From: an uncultured virus (IMG/VR IMGVR_UViG_3300046507_000547)
Taxonomy: Duplodnaviria > Heunggongvirae > Uroviricota > Caudoviricetes
DNA: 64,000 nt
Direction: 5' to 3' (one strand)
IMG/VR virus record: IMGVR_UViG_3300046507_000547
A program made the translations under genes and the position numbers. The notes beneath the pieces are model-generated. The model had not been told where the DNA came from. It saw nothing but the letters and a program-made list of their open reading frames with translations, and ran no database searches. Shown in pieces: positions 18,903 to 27,814 of the stretch. Position 1 is the stretch's first letter. Each line of letters opens with the position of its first letter.

Positions 18903-19631
18903 ATGACCGACCGACCCGCCCGAACGCCCAACGGCCTCCGAGTCCTCGACACGTACTGCTGCGGCGGCGGTATAGCCATGGGCTACTACCTCGCTGGTTT
19001 CGATGTCGTCGGCGTGGATATCGATCCGCAGCCGAATTATCCGTTCGAGTTCCACCAGGGCGACGCGGTGGAGTTCATCAAGGCCCACGGCCACGAGTTC
19101 GACTTCGGCCACGGCAGCCCGCCGTGCCAGCTGTACACGCCGCTGAACGCGTACAACCACAAGGTCTATCCCGACCTGATCGCCCCGACCCGGGCGGCGT
19201 TCGAGGCGGTCGGCCTGCCCTACGTGATCGAGAACGTGGAAGCGGCGGCGCCCGAGCTGCGGGACCCGACGCTGCTGTGCGGGCCGATGTTCGGCCTGAA
19301 GGTCTACCGGCACCGCCTGTTCGAGACGAACTGGGACCTGGCGGCGCCCGAGCACCCGAGGCACGTCGAGCGCTGCACGAGGAACGGCTACCTGCCCACC
19401 CCGGAGAAGCCGTTCATGTCGATCCACGGCGGCAAGCACTCCCGGGCCTGGCAGCGCGCGGCCTGCGACGCGATGGACATGCCGTGGATCAAGGTCCCGG
19501 AGGACGCCCGCATGGAACGCATCCAGCTCGGCATCCGCGAGGTCTGCGAAGCCATTCCGCCGGCCTATGCCCGGTGGATCGGGGAGCGGGCCGCCGAGCA
19601 CATCGCCGGCCAGCTGCCCGCCGCGGCGTGA
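18903..19631 (+). CDS. short C5-DNA-methyltransferase-like protein
   Basis: VLDTYCCGGG, VVGVDI, HGSPPCQ, YVIENV, RHRLFE, EAIPPAY. Confidence 0.8.
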   Translation: MTDRPARTPNGLRVLDTYCCGGGIAMGYYLAGFDVVGVDIDPQPNYPFEFHQGDAVEFIKAHGHEFDFGHGSPPCQLYTPLNAYNHKVYPDLIAPTRAAFEAVGLPYVIENVEAAAPELRDPTLLCGPMFGLKVYRHRLFETNWDLAAPEHPRHVERCTRNGYLPTPEKPFMSIHGGKHSRAWQRAACDAMDMPWIKVPEDARMERIQLGIREVCEAIPPAYARWIGERAAEHIAGQLPAAA

Positions 19632-19723
19632 CCACGTCTGACCGGACCGGGCGTGTCGTTACCACGCCCGGACCGGCCGCCCCCGACCCTAGCCCGCCCG
19701 CCGGGCATGAACGGAGGAACCCG

Positions 19724-20257
19724 ATGACCAACCAGCCCGACCCTGAGACCGCCGTGTCGATCGGCGGTGATCCATTGACGGAGGCGATCCGCTGCCTCGA
19801 AGCGGACATGGAGCGCTTCTTCGCCGAGTGGCCCGATGAGCCCCGCAACTCGCCCTACGCGCTGGGGCGGAAGGACGTGATCGAGGAACTGCGCCGCATG
19901 GCCAGCGAGGCGCAGCAGCCCGAGACGCAGGCCCGGCGGGACGTCGGCCGCGAGACCGTCGAGTACTTCCTTCAGGCCCAACAGGACGACGGCACCTGGG
20001 AGGACGCCAGCAGCTTCATGGACGCCCTCGACTGGGCAGCCGAACGGCTGGCCGTGAAGCGCGTCAAGTACCCGGACTTCTCCTGGCGGATGGCGGAGCG
20101 CACCACCACGGTCACGGTGCGCCCGCTACCGGACTGCCTCACCTGCCGTCACTGGCGCTGCAACGGGGATGGTCCGTGCGGAGCGCTGCTGGACGCCTGG
20201 CAGCGATGCGCCTGCACCGGGCCCGCCGCCGTGTCCCAGCCCGGCAAGGAGGCCTGA
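19724..20257 (+). CDS. hypothetical phage protein
   Basis: GGAGGA SD. Confidence 0.65.
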   Translation: MTNQPDPETAVSIGGDPLTEAIRCLEADMERFFAEWPDEPRNSPYALGRKDVIEELRRMASEAQQPETQARRDVGRETVEYFLQAQQDDGTWEDASSFMDALDWAAERLAVKRVKYPDFSWRMAERTTTVTVRPLPDCLTCRHWRCNGDGPCGALLDAWQRCACTGPAAVSQPGKEA

Positions 20258-20259
20258 CC

Positions 20260-20634
20260 ATGGGCATCGACTTCTCGCACACAACCGCTCAGTGGTCGTA
20301 CACCGGCTTCGGCGCCTTCCGCCGCGCCCTGGCCTTGTTCGAGGGTTTCGAGCTCGACGACATGAGCGGCTTCGGTGGCGACCGGGATTGGTCCACCGTC
20401 CACACGGATCTCGTCCCGCTGCTCGACCACTCCGACTGCGACGGCGAGTTGACGCCCGACGAGTGCCGCCAGGTCGCTCCGCGGCTGCGGCAGGTGATCG
20501 ACGAGCTGTGGCCCGTCGAGCGCGCCGTCTGGGAGGTCGACCCCGAGGCGCACTTCAACCGCCGCAGCGGGCTCGCGCTCGCCGACGGCATGGACGCCGC
20601 AGCCGCAGCAGGCGAACCACTGCAGTTCTGCTGA
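20260..20634 (+). CDS. hypothetical phage protein
   Basis: AGGAGG SD; WSY.GF..FR, LLDHSDCDGELTP. Confidence 0.75.
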   Translation: MGIDFSHTTAQWSYTGFGAFRRALALFEGFELDDMSGFGGDRDWSTVHTDLVPLLDHSDCDGELTPDECRQVAPRLRQVIDELWPVERAVWEVDPEAHFNRRSGLALADGMDAAAAAGEPLQFC

Positions 20635-20695
20635 CCCCGCCCTGCCGCCCCTGCGCCGTGGGGGCGGCACCCCGCACCGCTGGAAGGAACCACCG

Positions 20696-20893
20696 ATGCC
20701 TGCTCGTGTCCCGCTGGTCTGTCTCGACTTGCCGACGGAAGAGATCTTGCGCCGCTGCTATCCCGACGAGTCCGATCTTGCCGTCCTGGCCCGCGCGGTG
20801 CGGATGCTGGCCACCGCCGACGGCCACCTCGACACGGGCGGGCGGATCAAACGCGGAGCCGGCGGACGGCGCGAAGTGCGGAGGCAGGCGTGA
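20696..20893 (+). CDS. hypothetical protein
   Basis: AAGGA SD. Confidence 0.5.
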   Translation: MPARVPLVCLDLPTEEILRRCYPDESDLAVLARAVRMLATADGHLDTGGRIKRGAGGRREVRRQA

Positions 20894-21231
20894 GCGGGCC
20901 GTCGTCGGCGCCCCGCGGCGAGCGTGCCGGTTCCCCGGGCGCTGGCTGGGAGATGGAACTCCGGTCGCTGGGCGAGCGGTACGTGCCGGACGGCCAGCCG
21001 GAGCCGACGGCGAACCGGGCGGCACGGCGGGCGGCGAGACGGGCGCAGAAGCGCTCAGACGGCCACACAGCGCTTCGGCAGGGTCCGACTGGACCCCGGG
21101 AGGCCCGAGAAGGGCCCCAGGCGGCCGTCTCCGCCCCGAACTCCCCGCAGCGGACCGGAGCCCGCCGGGACGCGCAGATCGGCTCTCAGAGCCCCAACCC
21201 CGCCCCGCCGACCCGAACGGAGACCCGATGA
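20890..21231 (+). CDS. hypothetical protein
   Basis: GTGA-coupled; low complexity. Confidence 0.4.
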   Translation: MSGPSSAPRGERAGSPGAGWEMELRSLGERYVPDGQPEPTANRAARRAARRAQKRSDGHTALRQGPTGPREAREGPQAAVSAPNSPQRTGARRDAQIGSQSPNPAPPTRTETR

Positions 21232-21380
21232 CCCCCGAACCCCCACCCCTCAAGCAGATGTTGCACCTCGTCGACCGGGCCGAACGCGGCGTCATCCTCC
21301 CCGCCGAAGCCGCCCGACTCCGCATCGCCATACGGGCCCTGTACGCCCGCGCCTACCCGCAGGCGGGGGAGGGCCGGTGA
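21228..21380 (+). CDS. hypothetical protein
   Basis: ATGA-coupled; LHLVDRAERGVILPAEA. Confidence 0.5.
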   Translation: MTPEPPPLKQMLHLVDRAERGVILPAEAARLRIAIRALYARAYPQAGEGR

Positions 21381-21386
21381 CCGGCC

Positions 21387-21569
21387 TCAGCTCGAACCCG
21401 GCGGGCCCGCCTCACCGTGGACGTCATCCGGTTCCGCAGGCGTCGGACGAGGCCGCTGCCGTGGCACCTTCTCCCTGGCCACCCCGGCAGCGGCACGGGC
21501 CAACTGCGTCCGCAGCTGGTCGAACGCCTGAGGTCCTGACAGATCCCGCAACCTGCGACTCCTGCTCAT
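21387..21569 (-). CDS. hypothetical protein
   Basis: short reverse ORF convergent with the early operon. Confidence 0.4.
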   Translation of the reverse strand: MSRSRRLRDLSGPQAFDQLRTQLARAAAGVAREKVPRQRPRPTPAEPDDVHGEAGPPGSS

Positions 21570-21736
21570 GCACGACTAACGCCGCACCACACCGTCCGAC
21601 ACCGCAATACGGCCAAATGGGGCAAGTCGTGAACGGCGGCGAGCAGCAGCCGTGACACGGGAACGCCCCCGGCCGGGAAACGGCGGGGGCGCTTCAATCC
21701 GCAACTGTCCGCCGGGCGCTCGGCGAGAACCGGGAG

Positions 21737-22300
21737 ATGCTCATCGGCCAGCTGTCCGCGTTCAGCGCCGACCTCGCCACCGTCCGCGCCAACACCCAGC
21801 CATACGGCGGGGAACGGCCGGCCGAGCCGGACGCCGCGGTGGAGCAGCAGCCCGGCGAGGACGTGGAAGAGGGCAAGGAAGACAAGCACCCGAAACTCCT
21901 CCTCGCCGCAGCCGGAATCTCCGCCGCCGAACTCCGCGTCCACCGCGACACGTGGGCATTCCTCGTCGAACACGCAGGCCAAGACCGCCACTTCCACATC
22001 CCCGGCGGCGTCGAAGAGAAAGACGGCATCGTCAAGGTGCAGGTCTCCGGGCCGTCCCTCGTCGCCGCCCTCACCAGCCTCCAGGCCGTCCACCAGGCCG
22101 CAGACGCCGACCCGGGCACCGCGGCCATCGCCCAGCACGTGTACGGGCGCATCGCCAAGACCGTGAAGGCCGTTGCGAAGGACCCGCACAGCGGCACTGG
22201 CGGCGACCCCGTGGCGATCGTCATCGACGACCGGATCAAGTCGACCGGTGAGCAGGCCGGCGGCAGCGGAATCGACCAGCCGCCGGCCGACGAGGAGTAG
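21737..22300 (+). CDS. hypothetical protein
   Basis: 187 aa, high GC3, followed by a terminator-like hairpin. Confidence 0.6.
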   Translation: MLIGQLSAFSADLATVRANTQPYGGERPAEPDAAVEQQPGEDVEEGKEDKHPKLLLAAAGISAAELRVHRDTWAFLVEHAGQDRHFHIPGGVEEKDGIVKVQVSGPSLVAALTSLQAVHQAADADPGTAAIAQHVYGRIAKTVKAVAKDPHSGTGGDPVAIVIDDRIKSTGEQAGGSGIDQPPADEE

Positions 22301-22356
22301 CAACACGGCGCCCCCGCCCGGATTGCTCCGTGACGGGGGCGCCTTCGTGCGTGCGG

Positions 22357-22656
22357 CTACAACTCCGTCAGCTGGTACAGCTCCGGCAGTGGCCCGAGCG
22401 GTACGCCGACCACCTGTCCGAGCATGGCCCGCGCCACCGTGTCCCGCTCGATGCGTGGCCGGCCCGGCGGCATCGACAGGACCAGGCTGCCGTCCGGCAG
22501 CTGCACCAGGGCGCCGATGAAGCCCGGGTCGGTGATCTGCGACAGGTGGAGCTCGACGTCCAGCTCGAGGAGGAGGTCGTCGAGTGGTGCATCGAGGAGT
22601 CGCTCAACCGTCGTGGTCTTCTGCTGGGGGAGGGTGCAACCCTGCGCTAAGGTCAT
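22357..22656 (-). CDS. hypothetical protein
   Basis: GGAG SD; LVLSMPPGR..IERD..AR.ML. Confidence 0.7.
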   Translation of the reverse strand: MTLAQGCTLPQQKTTTVERLLDAPLDDLLLELDVELHLSQITDPGFIGALVQLPDGSLVLSMPPGRPRIERDTVARAMLGQVVGVPLGPLPELYQLTEL

Positions 22657-22789
22657 GGGAGAACTCCGATTCTGTGGAGACGGGATTGGTGATCAGCGGA
22701 CTGGTATCCGCTGGTGATGAACTGGCCGGGTGTTGACGCACCCGGCCGTTCGCGTATACGGACGCTTACACAAACCGCCAGGTGACCGC

Positions 22790-23263
22790 TTACGTCAGGG
22801 GCAAGCTGGCTCGCATGTATCTCTGCACGGCAGCCCTAGCCGCTTTGGCGCGTTCCGGTGGGTCTTCGATGGCGTGAACCTCGGCTAGTGCAGCCTGGAA
22901 CTCAGATTTAAGTTCGGCCCGGCGCCTGGTCTGGATGGCTATCCGGGCTGCCCTGGTCAGGCGCGTCGACTCGGCGGCTGCCATCCACGGCGTCTCTTCG
23001 ATAGCCGCGCGGATTGTGGGGACTGGGTCGCTGATGAAAGTGAACCACTCGCCATGCGATCGGAGCTCTGCGAAGTGGCGGTGGAGGTTAGTCTCCAACT
23101 CGCTGCCGCCCGGGTGCGTCCAGAGGATCTCCAGCGGGACGGGTGACATCGTCCGAATGTCGGCGAACCTCTTCTCGAGATTCACGGTGCGCCCGATTTT
23201 CACAGTGTTGCTGCCGGGAGTGCCGAAGACGTAGACGACCTCGGCCAGTTGAGGTTTGGGCAT
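22790..23263 (-). CDS. GIY-YIG (T5orf172/MUG113-like) nuclease-domain protein
   Basis: VVYVFG..NTVKIGRT.NLEKR...LETNLHRHF...GEWF. Confidence 0.8.
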   Translation of the reverse strand: MPKPQLAEVVYVFGTPGSNTVKIGRTVNLEKRFADIRTMSPVPLEILWTHPGGSELETNLHRHFAELRSHGEWFTFISDPVPTIRAAIEETPWMAAAESTRLTRAARIAIQTRRRAELKSEFQAALAEVHAIEDPPERAKAARAAVQRYMRASLPLT

Positions 23264-23406
23264 GCCGCTCCTAACTGAGGGTGTGGCGTAGGCCACTCTC
23301 GGGAGCGACTGTAAGAGGTTTGTTGAGAGGTTCGCAACCCTCTCGTTTGCATCCAGATGCAACGAAGCCCCGACGCCGTCTGCGTCGGGGCTGGTGGGCG
23401 GCCTGA

Positions 23407-24168
23407 TCAGAACTCGTACTCCAGCTCGTACAGATGACCCGCCTTGATCATGAACTCTGCCTGGATGGGGCGATCGTCCACGCTGTACGTCACGCGGAAC
23501 TGGCGCAGCACTGGCAGCTTCGTCGGCATCTTCAGCGCCCTCTGCTGCTGCGGAGTTGGCCACCGGGCAGCCACCTTGTCCACGCAACGGAGGGACGGGA
23601 GCCCCGCCTCGGCCAGCACTCGCCCCGCGCCGCCCTTGATGCGTCGACGTTCGGCGATCGGCGTTCCCCTGGCCAAGCCGAGGGGGAAGTAGACCTCCAC
23701 CAACTCGCAAGGCTCGTCGTCGAGGTACATCACCTGGCGGCGCAAAATCACGGTCTCGCCCTCGCCGAGTCCGAATGCCTCGCGCACGAGATGTGGCGGG
23801 ACAACCTCTTCGACGTCCAGGAGTTCCGAACGGCCCGTGAACCCCTTGCGCTCTGCGGCGGTGATCCACTGATACTTCCCGCCGTCGGCCGGAGGGTTCT
23901 TGTACTCGGCGGGCGTCATGGTCCGCTGGCGGTGCTCCCGGGCGTAGATCCCGGCGCCTCTGCGCGTGAAGACGAGGCCCTCCTTCTCCAGGATGCCCAT
24001 CGCGTTCTTGATCGTCTGAGCTGCGGCGCCGAACTCCTCGTTCAGCTTGCGGCTGGAGGGGAGCGGCTTGCCGGGCGGGAAGTCGCCGTTCAGGATGCCG
24101 TCGCGAAGGTAGGCGGCGATCTGGTCTTGAACGGGCCAGATGGATTCCTCTTCGTGCTGCTCTGCCAT
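23407..24168 (-). CDS. GntR/HutC-family (UTRA) repressor, KorSA/TraR-like
   Basis: QIAAYLRDGILNGDFPPGKPLPS wHTH plus UTRA domain; divergent from the transfer genes. Confidence 0.9.
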   Translation of the reverse strand: MAEQHEEESIWPVQDQIAAYLRDGILNGDFPPGKPLPSSRKLNEEFGAAAQTIKNAMGILEKEGLVFTRRGAGIYAREHRQRTMTPAEYKNPPADGGKYQWITAAERKGFTGRSELLDVEEVVPPHLVREAFGLGEGETVILRRQVMYLDDEPCELVEVYFPLGLARGTPIAERRRIKGGAGRVLAEAGLPSLRCVDKVAARWPTPQQQRALKMPTKLPVLRQFRVTYSVDDRPIQAEFMIKAGHLYELEYEF

Positions 24169-24169
24169 G

Positions 24170-24706
24170 TCAGTCGACCTTCATTGAGTAGTGGAGCCGC
24201 CCAATGCGGCCGGGGCTGACCATGACTGACACCTCGTAGGGGCGACCGTCGGGGGTTGCGATCGTGCGAGTTAGGGCCAGTACCCATTCGCTGTTGTCGG
24301 TGAGTTGCAGGGCTTCCGCTTCCTCCTTCGTCGGGGGCCTGGTCTGGACGTCCTCGGTGACCGCGCCGGGTTTGTAGCCGAGCTCGGCGAGGAGGGTCAC
24401 GGCGCCGCCGCGGACCCTGCCGGTGCCGGCCAGGGGTGTATCGGCGGCGACGTTGACGGGCCAATAGGAGCGCGCGACTTCGATCGGCTGCCCGTCGAGC
24501 AGGATCAATCGCTGTCGGGCTACGACGGGCGTGCCGGGTTGCTGCTCCAGCGCTTCGGCGACCGCGAGCGGTGCTGGCTCCTGGCCTGCGCTGAGGATGC
24601 GCTGGGTTCCCGAGCGGCCTTGCTGGGCCGCCTCTTTACCCCAGGCGTCACCCTGGCCGCTCTCGATGTACGGCGTCGATGAGCCGGCCCATCGGTTCTC
24701 CGTCAC
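24170..24706 (-). CDS. stand-alone UTRA-domain protein
   Basis: aligns by eye with the C-terminal domain of the adjacent GntR (RQRLILLDGQPIEV, TPLAGTGRVRGG); no HTH. Confidence 0.85.
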   Translation of the reverse strand: MTENRWAGSSTPYIESGQGDAWGKEAAQQGRSGTQRILSAGQEPAPLAVAEALEQQPGTPVVARQRLILLDGQPIEVARSYWPVNVAADTPLAGTGRVRGGAVTLLAELGYKPGAVTEDVQTRPPTKEEAEALQLTDNSEWVLALTRTIATPDGRPYEVSVMVSPGRIGRLHYSMKVD

Positions 24707-24893
24707 TCCAGCTCCTCCAGTGCGCGACTTCTCCTGAGGCGTCTAGCAATTTCTCCAACCATAAGCCCACGTCAAGCAGGGCCGCGGGGCATACGAGACC
24801 GCTTCGATCGGGCGAGAGGATTGATACCTCTCAAGAGACGTGTCACAGTAGGGCTCGTCAGAACAACCCCCGACTCCAGGATTGGAGAGCCCG

Positions 24894-25115
24894 ATGCTGC
24901 CTGCGGCCAAAAAGCTGCTGACCGTGCGAGAGGCCGCGACCGTACTGCGCGTCTCCAAGCCGACGATCTATCGCTGGATCGACGCCGGAGACCTTCCGGC
25001 CATCCGCTACGGCCAGCCCCGGCCGGAAGGCGACACGAGGCGCGGGGGAGCCATCCGTATCCCCGAGGCCGCCGTCCTGGCGTACCTCGACCTCGCTACC
25101 GAGGAGGCGGCATGA
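24894..25115 (+). CDS. excisionase-family HTH (HTH_17)
   Basis: LLTVREAATVLRVSKPTIYRWIDAGDLPAIRYG...IRIP. Confidence 0.85.
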   Translation: MLPAAKKLLTVREAATVLRVSKPTIYRWIDAGDLPAIRYGQPRPEGDTRRGGAIRIPEAAVLAYLDLATEEAA

Positions 25116-25669
25116 CCACCGCGACCCGCACCCCCCGCCCCACCTCCCCGCTTCCGCCGGCCGCCACCGCGGCGATGGCCCGCATCGAGCACGCCCTCGC
25201 CGCCCCGCAGCGCGAGCTGGCCGCCAAGGTCGGTGCCGCGCTCGGCTTCCGCAACGGCTGGCAGCCCCGCGAGCACCTCGGCGAGACCGCGACCCGCCTC
25301 ACCGTCTGGTCGCAGGTCGAGCTGAACGACGTCTTCGAGCGGGTCGGCGGCACCGTCACCAGCCGACAGGTCGAGCGCAGCACCTCGGACGGCGGCTCCA
25401 CCTGGACCGCCACCGAGATCACGCTCGCCGTGGACGTGCCGGGGGTCGGCCCCGTCCAGGTCTCCACCGACCTGGAGGTGGAGTCCGCGGTCTACCCCAC
25501 GGACCTGCCCGTCGTTGCCCTCGCCCGCTACCGCGCCGCCGTCGTCCACTACCGGGCACTCGCCGCGGACGGCGACTACGAGGGCTGCGAGTACGTCCGC
25601 GACGAGATGGCGATGTGCCGCTGCCAGCTCCAGGCCGCCGGCCGCCTCGACCTGATCGAGGTGTCGTGA
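25112..25669 (+). CDS. hypothetical protein
   Basis: ATGA-coupled, GAGGAGG SD. Confidence 0.7.
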   Translation: MTTATRTPRPTSPLPPAATAAMARIEHALAAPQRELAAKVGAALGFRNGWQPREHLGETATRLTVWSQVELNDVFERVGGTVTSRQVERSTSDGGSTWTATEITLAVDVPGVGPVQVSTDLEVESAVYPTDLPVVALARYRAAVVHYRALAADGDYEGCEYVRDEMAMCRCQLQAAGRLDLIEVS

Positions 25670-25836
25670 TGCCGCAGCAGATCCTCGCCGCTACCCCGGC
25701 CGGCCACCCCCGCGGCCAGTTCCCCGCGGAGGAGCAGGCGCAGCAGTTCCGCGACCAGGGCATCCCGGTGACCGTCGTGCAGGACTTGCCCAGCGACCGG
25801 TTCCTCGTCGTCACGGACGAGGGCGATGCGTCGTGA
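25669..25836 (+). CDS. small hypothetical protein
   Basis: TGATG-coupled. Confidence 0.6.
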   Translation: MPQQILAATPAGHPRGQFPAEEQAQQFRDQGIPVTVVQDLPSDRFLVVTDEGDAS

Positions 25837-26023
25837 GCCCCGCCGACTACGAAGAGATGCTCCGCAAGCTGCGCGAGAAGAACGACCGCAGCGAGCACCC
25901 CACCCGCTAGACCCCCAAGACCGCCGCGGGCGGATCGACACCCCCCCGTCTCCGCCCGCGGTGCCCCACCTCTGCACCACCCCCACCCACCTTCTGTGAT
26001 CCCGAGAGGATCTGTGATCCCCC

Positions 26024-26254
26024 ATGTCTCCGTACCTGTTCTCCGCCGATCTTGGCGCCACCGAGCTCGGCCGGAAGGCCCGCGCGAACACCACGGTTGC
26101 CGAGGCCACCGTCCTGTCGATCACCGACCTGTTTGGCGAGTACGCCAAGGCCCGCGGCTCCGGTGATCTGGCCCGCATGCGGCAGATCCGCCTCGTCGCC
26201 GACGCCGACCTGCTCGACGAGTTCGACGGCTTCGACTACCCGGCCGCCGCCTGA
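26024..26254 (+). CDS. hypothetical protein
   Basis: ORF, high GC3. Confidence 0.6.
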   Translation: MSPYLFSADLGATELGRKARANTTVAEATVLSITDLFGEYAKARGSGDLARMRQIRLVADADLLDEFDGFDYPAAA

Positions 26255-26286
26255 CTTCCACCCCCCCCGAACGGAAGGGACACCCA

Positions 26287-26547
26287 ATGAGCCTGACCGC
26301 CCACTACGTCAGCGACAGCCGACAGGTGATCGCCGAGGTCGAAGCCGCCGACATCACCAACCCCGACCTGCCCCGCGTCGACGTGGTGGTCCTCGTGACC
26401 CGGCTCACCGAGACGCTGCGCACCACGGCCACCCACGCCGAACGCCTCGGTCAGTCCAACACCCAGCTGCGCAACGAGATCGCCGAACTGGAGAGCCAGG
26501 TGCGCGCCCTGCATGAGGCCCTCCGCGACACCCAGGCCGCGGCCTGA
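26287..26547 (+). CDS. coiled-coil hypothetical protein
   Basis: AAGGGA SD. Confidence 0.65.
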   Translation: MSLTAHYVSDSRQVIAEVEAADITNPDLPRVDVVVLVTRLTETLRTTATHAERLGQSNTQLRNEIAELESQVRALHEALRDTQAAA

Positions 26548-26690
26548 CCCCCTGATCGCCGTGGCGGCGGGATTCGTCCCCCGCGGCCCCGCCGCCACGG
26601 CCCAGCCCCGGTCCGGTCACCACGGACGTAGCCGCGAAGGCGACCCGGGGCGCGCACCACCACCCGTCCACCGCATCGAAGGAGATCTTC

Positions 26691-26846
26691 ATGCCCATCA
26701 GGGAGACCTTCGTCCCCAGCGAGACCCCCCGCGTGCTGCGGGCCGAGTACCGCGTCGAGGGCGACTCCCCGTTCCGCTCCTACTCGACCAGGGAGGCCGC
26801 CGAGGAACGCGAGGCCGAGCTCGCCGGCGACAGCAGCGACCACTAA
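26691..26846 (+). CDS. small hypothetical protein
   Basis: AAGGAG SD; 51 aa. Confidence 0.55.
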   Translation: MPIRETFVPSETPRVLRAEYRVEGDSPFRSYSTREAAEEREAELAGDSSDH

Positions 26847-26883
26847 CCGATCCACCCACCTCACCCCGAGAGGACTGATCCAC

Positions 26884-27090
26884 ATGCGCAGCAATCTGAC
26901 CAAGGCCGAGAAGGACGCCCTGTACACGGCGGCTATCGGACTCGAGATGAAGGCGGGCCGGGAGGCCGACGGGCGTCCGCTCGTCGGGTTCGAGCTGGCC
27001 GGTTTCAACGCCGACCAGGCCGCCGCCCGGCTCCTCGGCTTCACCGACGCCGACATCCGCGCCTACCAGCGCAGCCTCCCGGCGGCGTGA
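26884..27090 (+). CDS. hypothetical protein
   Basis: GAGGA SD. Confidence 0.6.
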   Translation: MRSNLTKAEKDALYTAAIGLEMKAGREADGRPLVGFELAGFNADQAAARLLGFTDADIRAYQRSLPAA

Positions 27091-27129
27091 CCGTCCGTTC
27101 TGCCACCGCCTGAACCCAAGGAGATCGAC

Positions 27130-27393
27130 ATGAAGAAGTACTGCGTGAACTGGCCGATCCGCCCGTTCGGCATCCACACCGTCCTGGTTCGCGCCGCGGA
27201 TCCGACCGATGCGGTGCGCGTTGCCGCCGAGCGGGAGCTGTCGACCGTCGACGGCTTCTCGATCGCCTTCGACTACGAGCCGGAAGTTTGGCGTCTGTGC
27301 CGCCTGCGTAGCCGGCTGTCCCGGCACGTCGCGGGGCCGTTCTTCGACGACGCCGTGCGCGGCTTCGTGCCGTTCATGCCGGTGCCGCGGTAG
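27130..27393 (+). CDS. hypothetical protein
   Basis: AAGGAG SD. Confidence 0.6.
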   Translation: MKKYCVNWPIRPFGIHTVLVRAADPTDAVRVAAERELSTVDGFSIAFDYEPEVWRLCRLRSRLSRHVAGPFFDDAVRGFVPFMPVPR

Positions 27394-27417
27394 CGGGTTC
27401 GCCGCAGTGGCGGGGCG

Positions 27418-27600
27418 GTGACCGGGATGCCGACCTGGATCCTCACCGCGACCTCCCGTATCGGCGCGAAGGTCGACCCGGTCTCCGGCGCTTCGTTCGA
27501 CTCGGTCGCGGTCTACGACCAGGACGACCTCGACCAGCGGATCGCCGCCGCCAGGACCGACCCGCGCGACCTGATCGTCACCGTCGACCGCATCGACTGA
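27418..27600 (+). CDS. hypothetical protein
   Basis: ORF in operon; start uncertain. Confidence 0.5.
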   Translation: MTGMPTWILTATSRIGAKVDPVSGASFDSVAVYDQDDLDQRIAAARTDPRDLIVTVDRID

Positions 27601-27623
27601 CCACCCGAGAGGACCGAAATCCC

Positions 27624-27758
27624 ATGACCGACAACAAGAAGCCCAACTGCTGGATCTGTGGCCAGCCGGGAGCCGAGCCGGAGCGGACGCTCCTCGGCTT
27701 CAAGAAGCCCATCTGCCCTCCCGGCAAGGGCTGCTCCCGGCCCCGCATTAAGCGCTAA
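27624..27758 (+). CDS. small Cys-rich protein (44 aa)
   Basis: GAGGA SD; MTDNKKPNCWICG...ICPPGKGC. Confidence 0.5.
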   Translation: MTDNKKPNCWICGQPGAEPERTLLGFKKPICPPGKGCSRPRIKR

Positions 27759-27814
27759 CCCCCACTGCGAGCCACCCCGTACCCACACCGAGTCCAGGAA
27801 GGACACCCAGCGCC

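Noticed and set aside
17825..23263. Restriction-modification system (MTases plus GIY-YIG)
   Set aside because: The genes are over 3 kb apart on opposite strands, and the nuclease is T5orf172-like rather than a recognisable REase.
23264..23869. N-terminal extension of the GIY-YIG ORF
   Set aside because: Overlaps the GntR gene and a terminator-like hairpin; ATG 23263 has an AGGAG SD.
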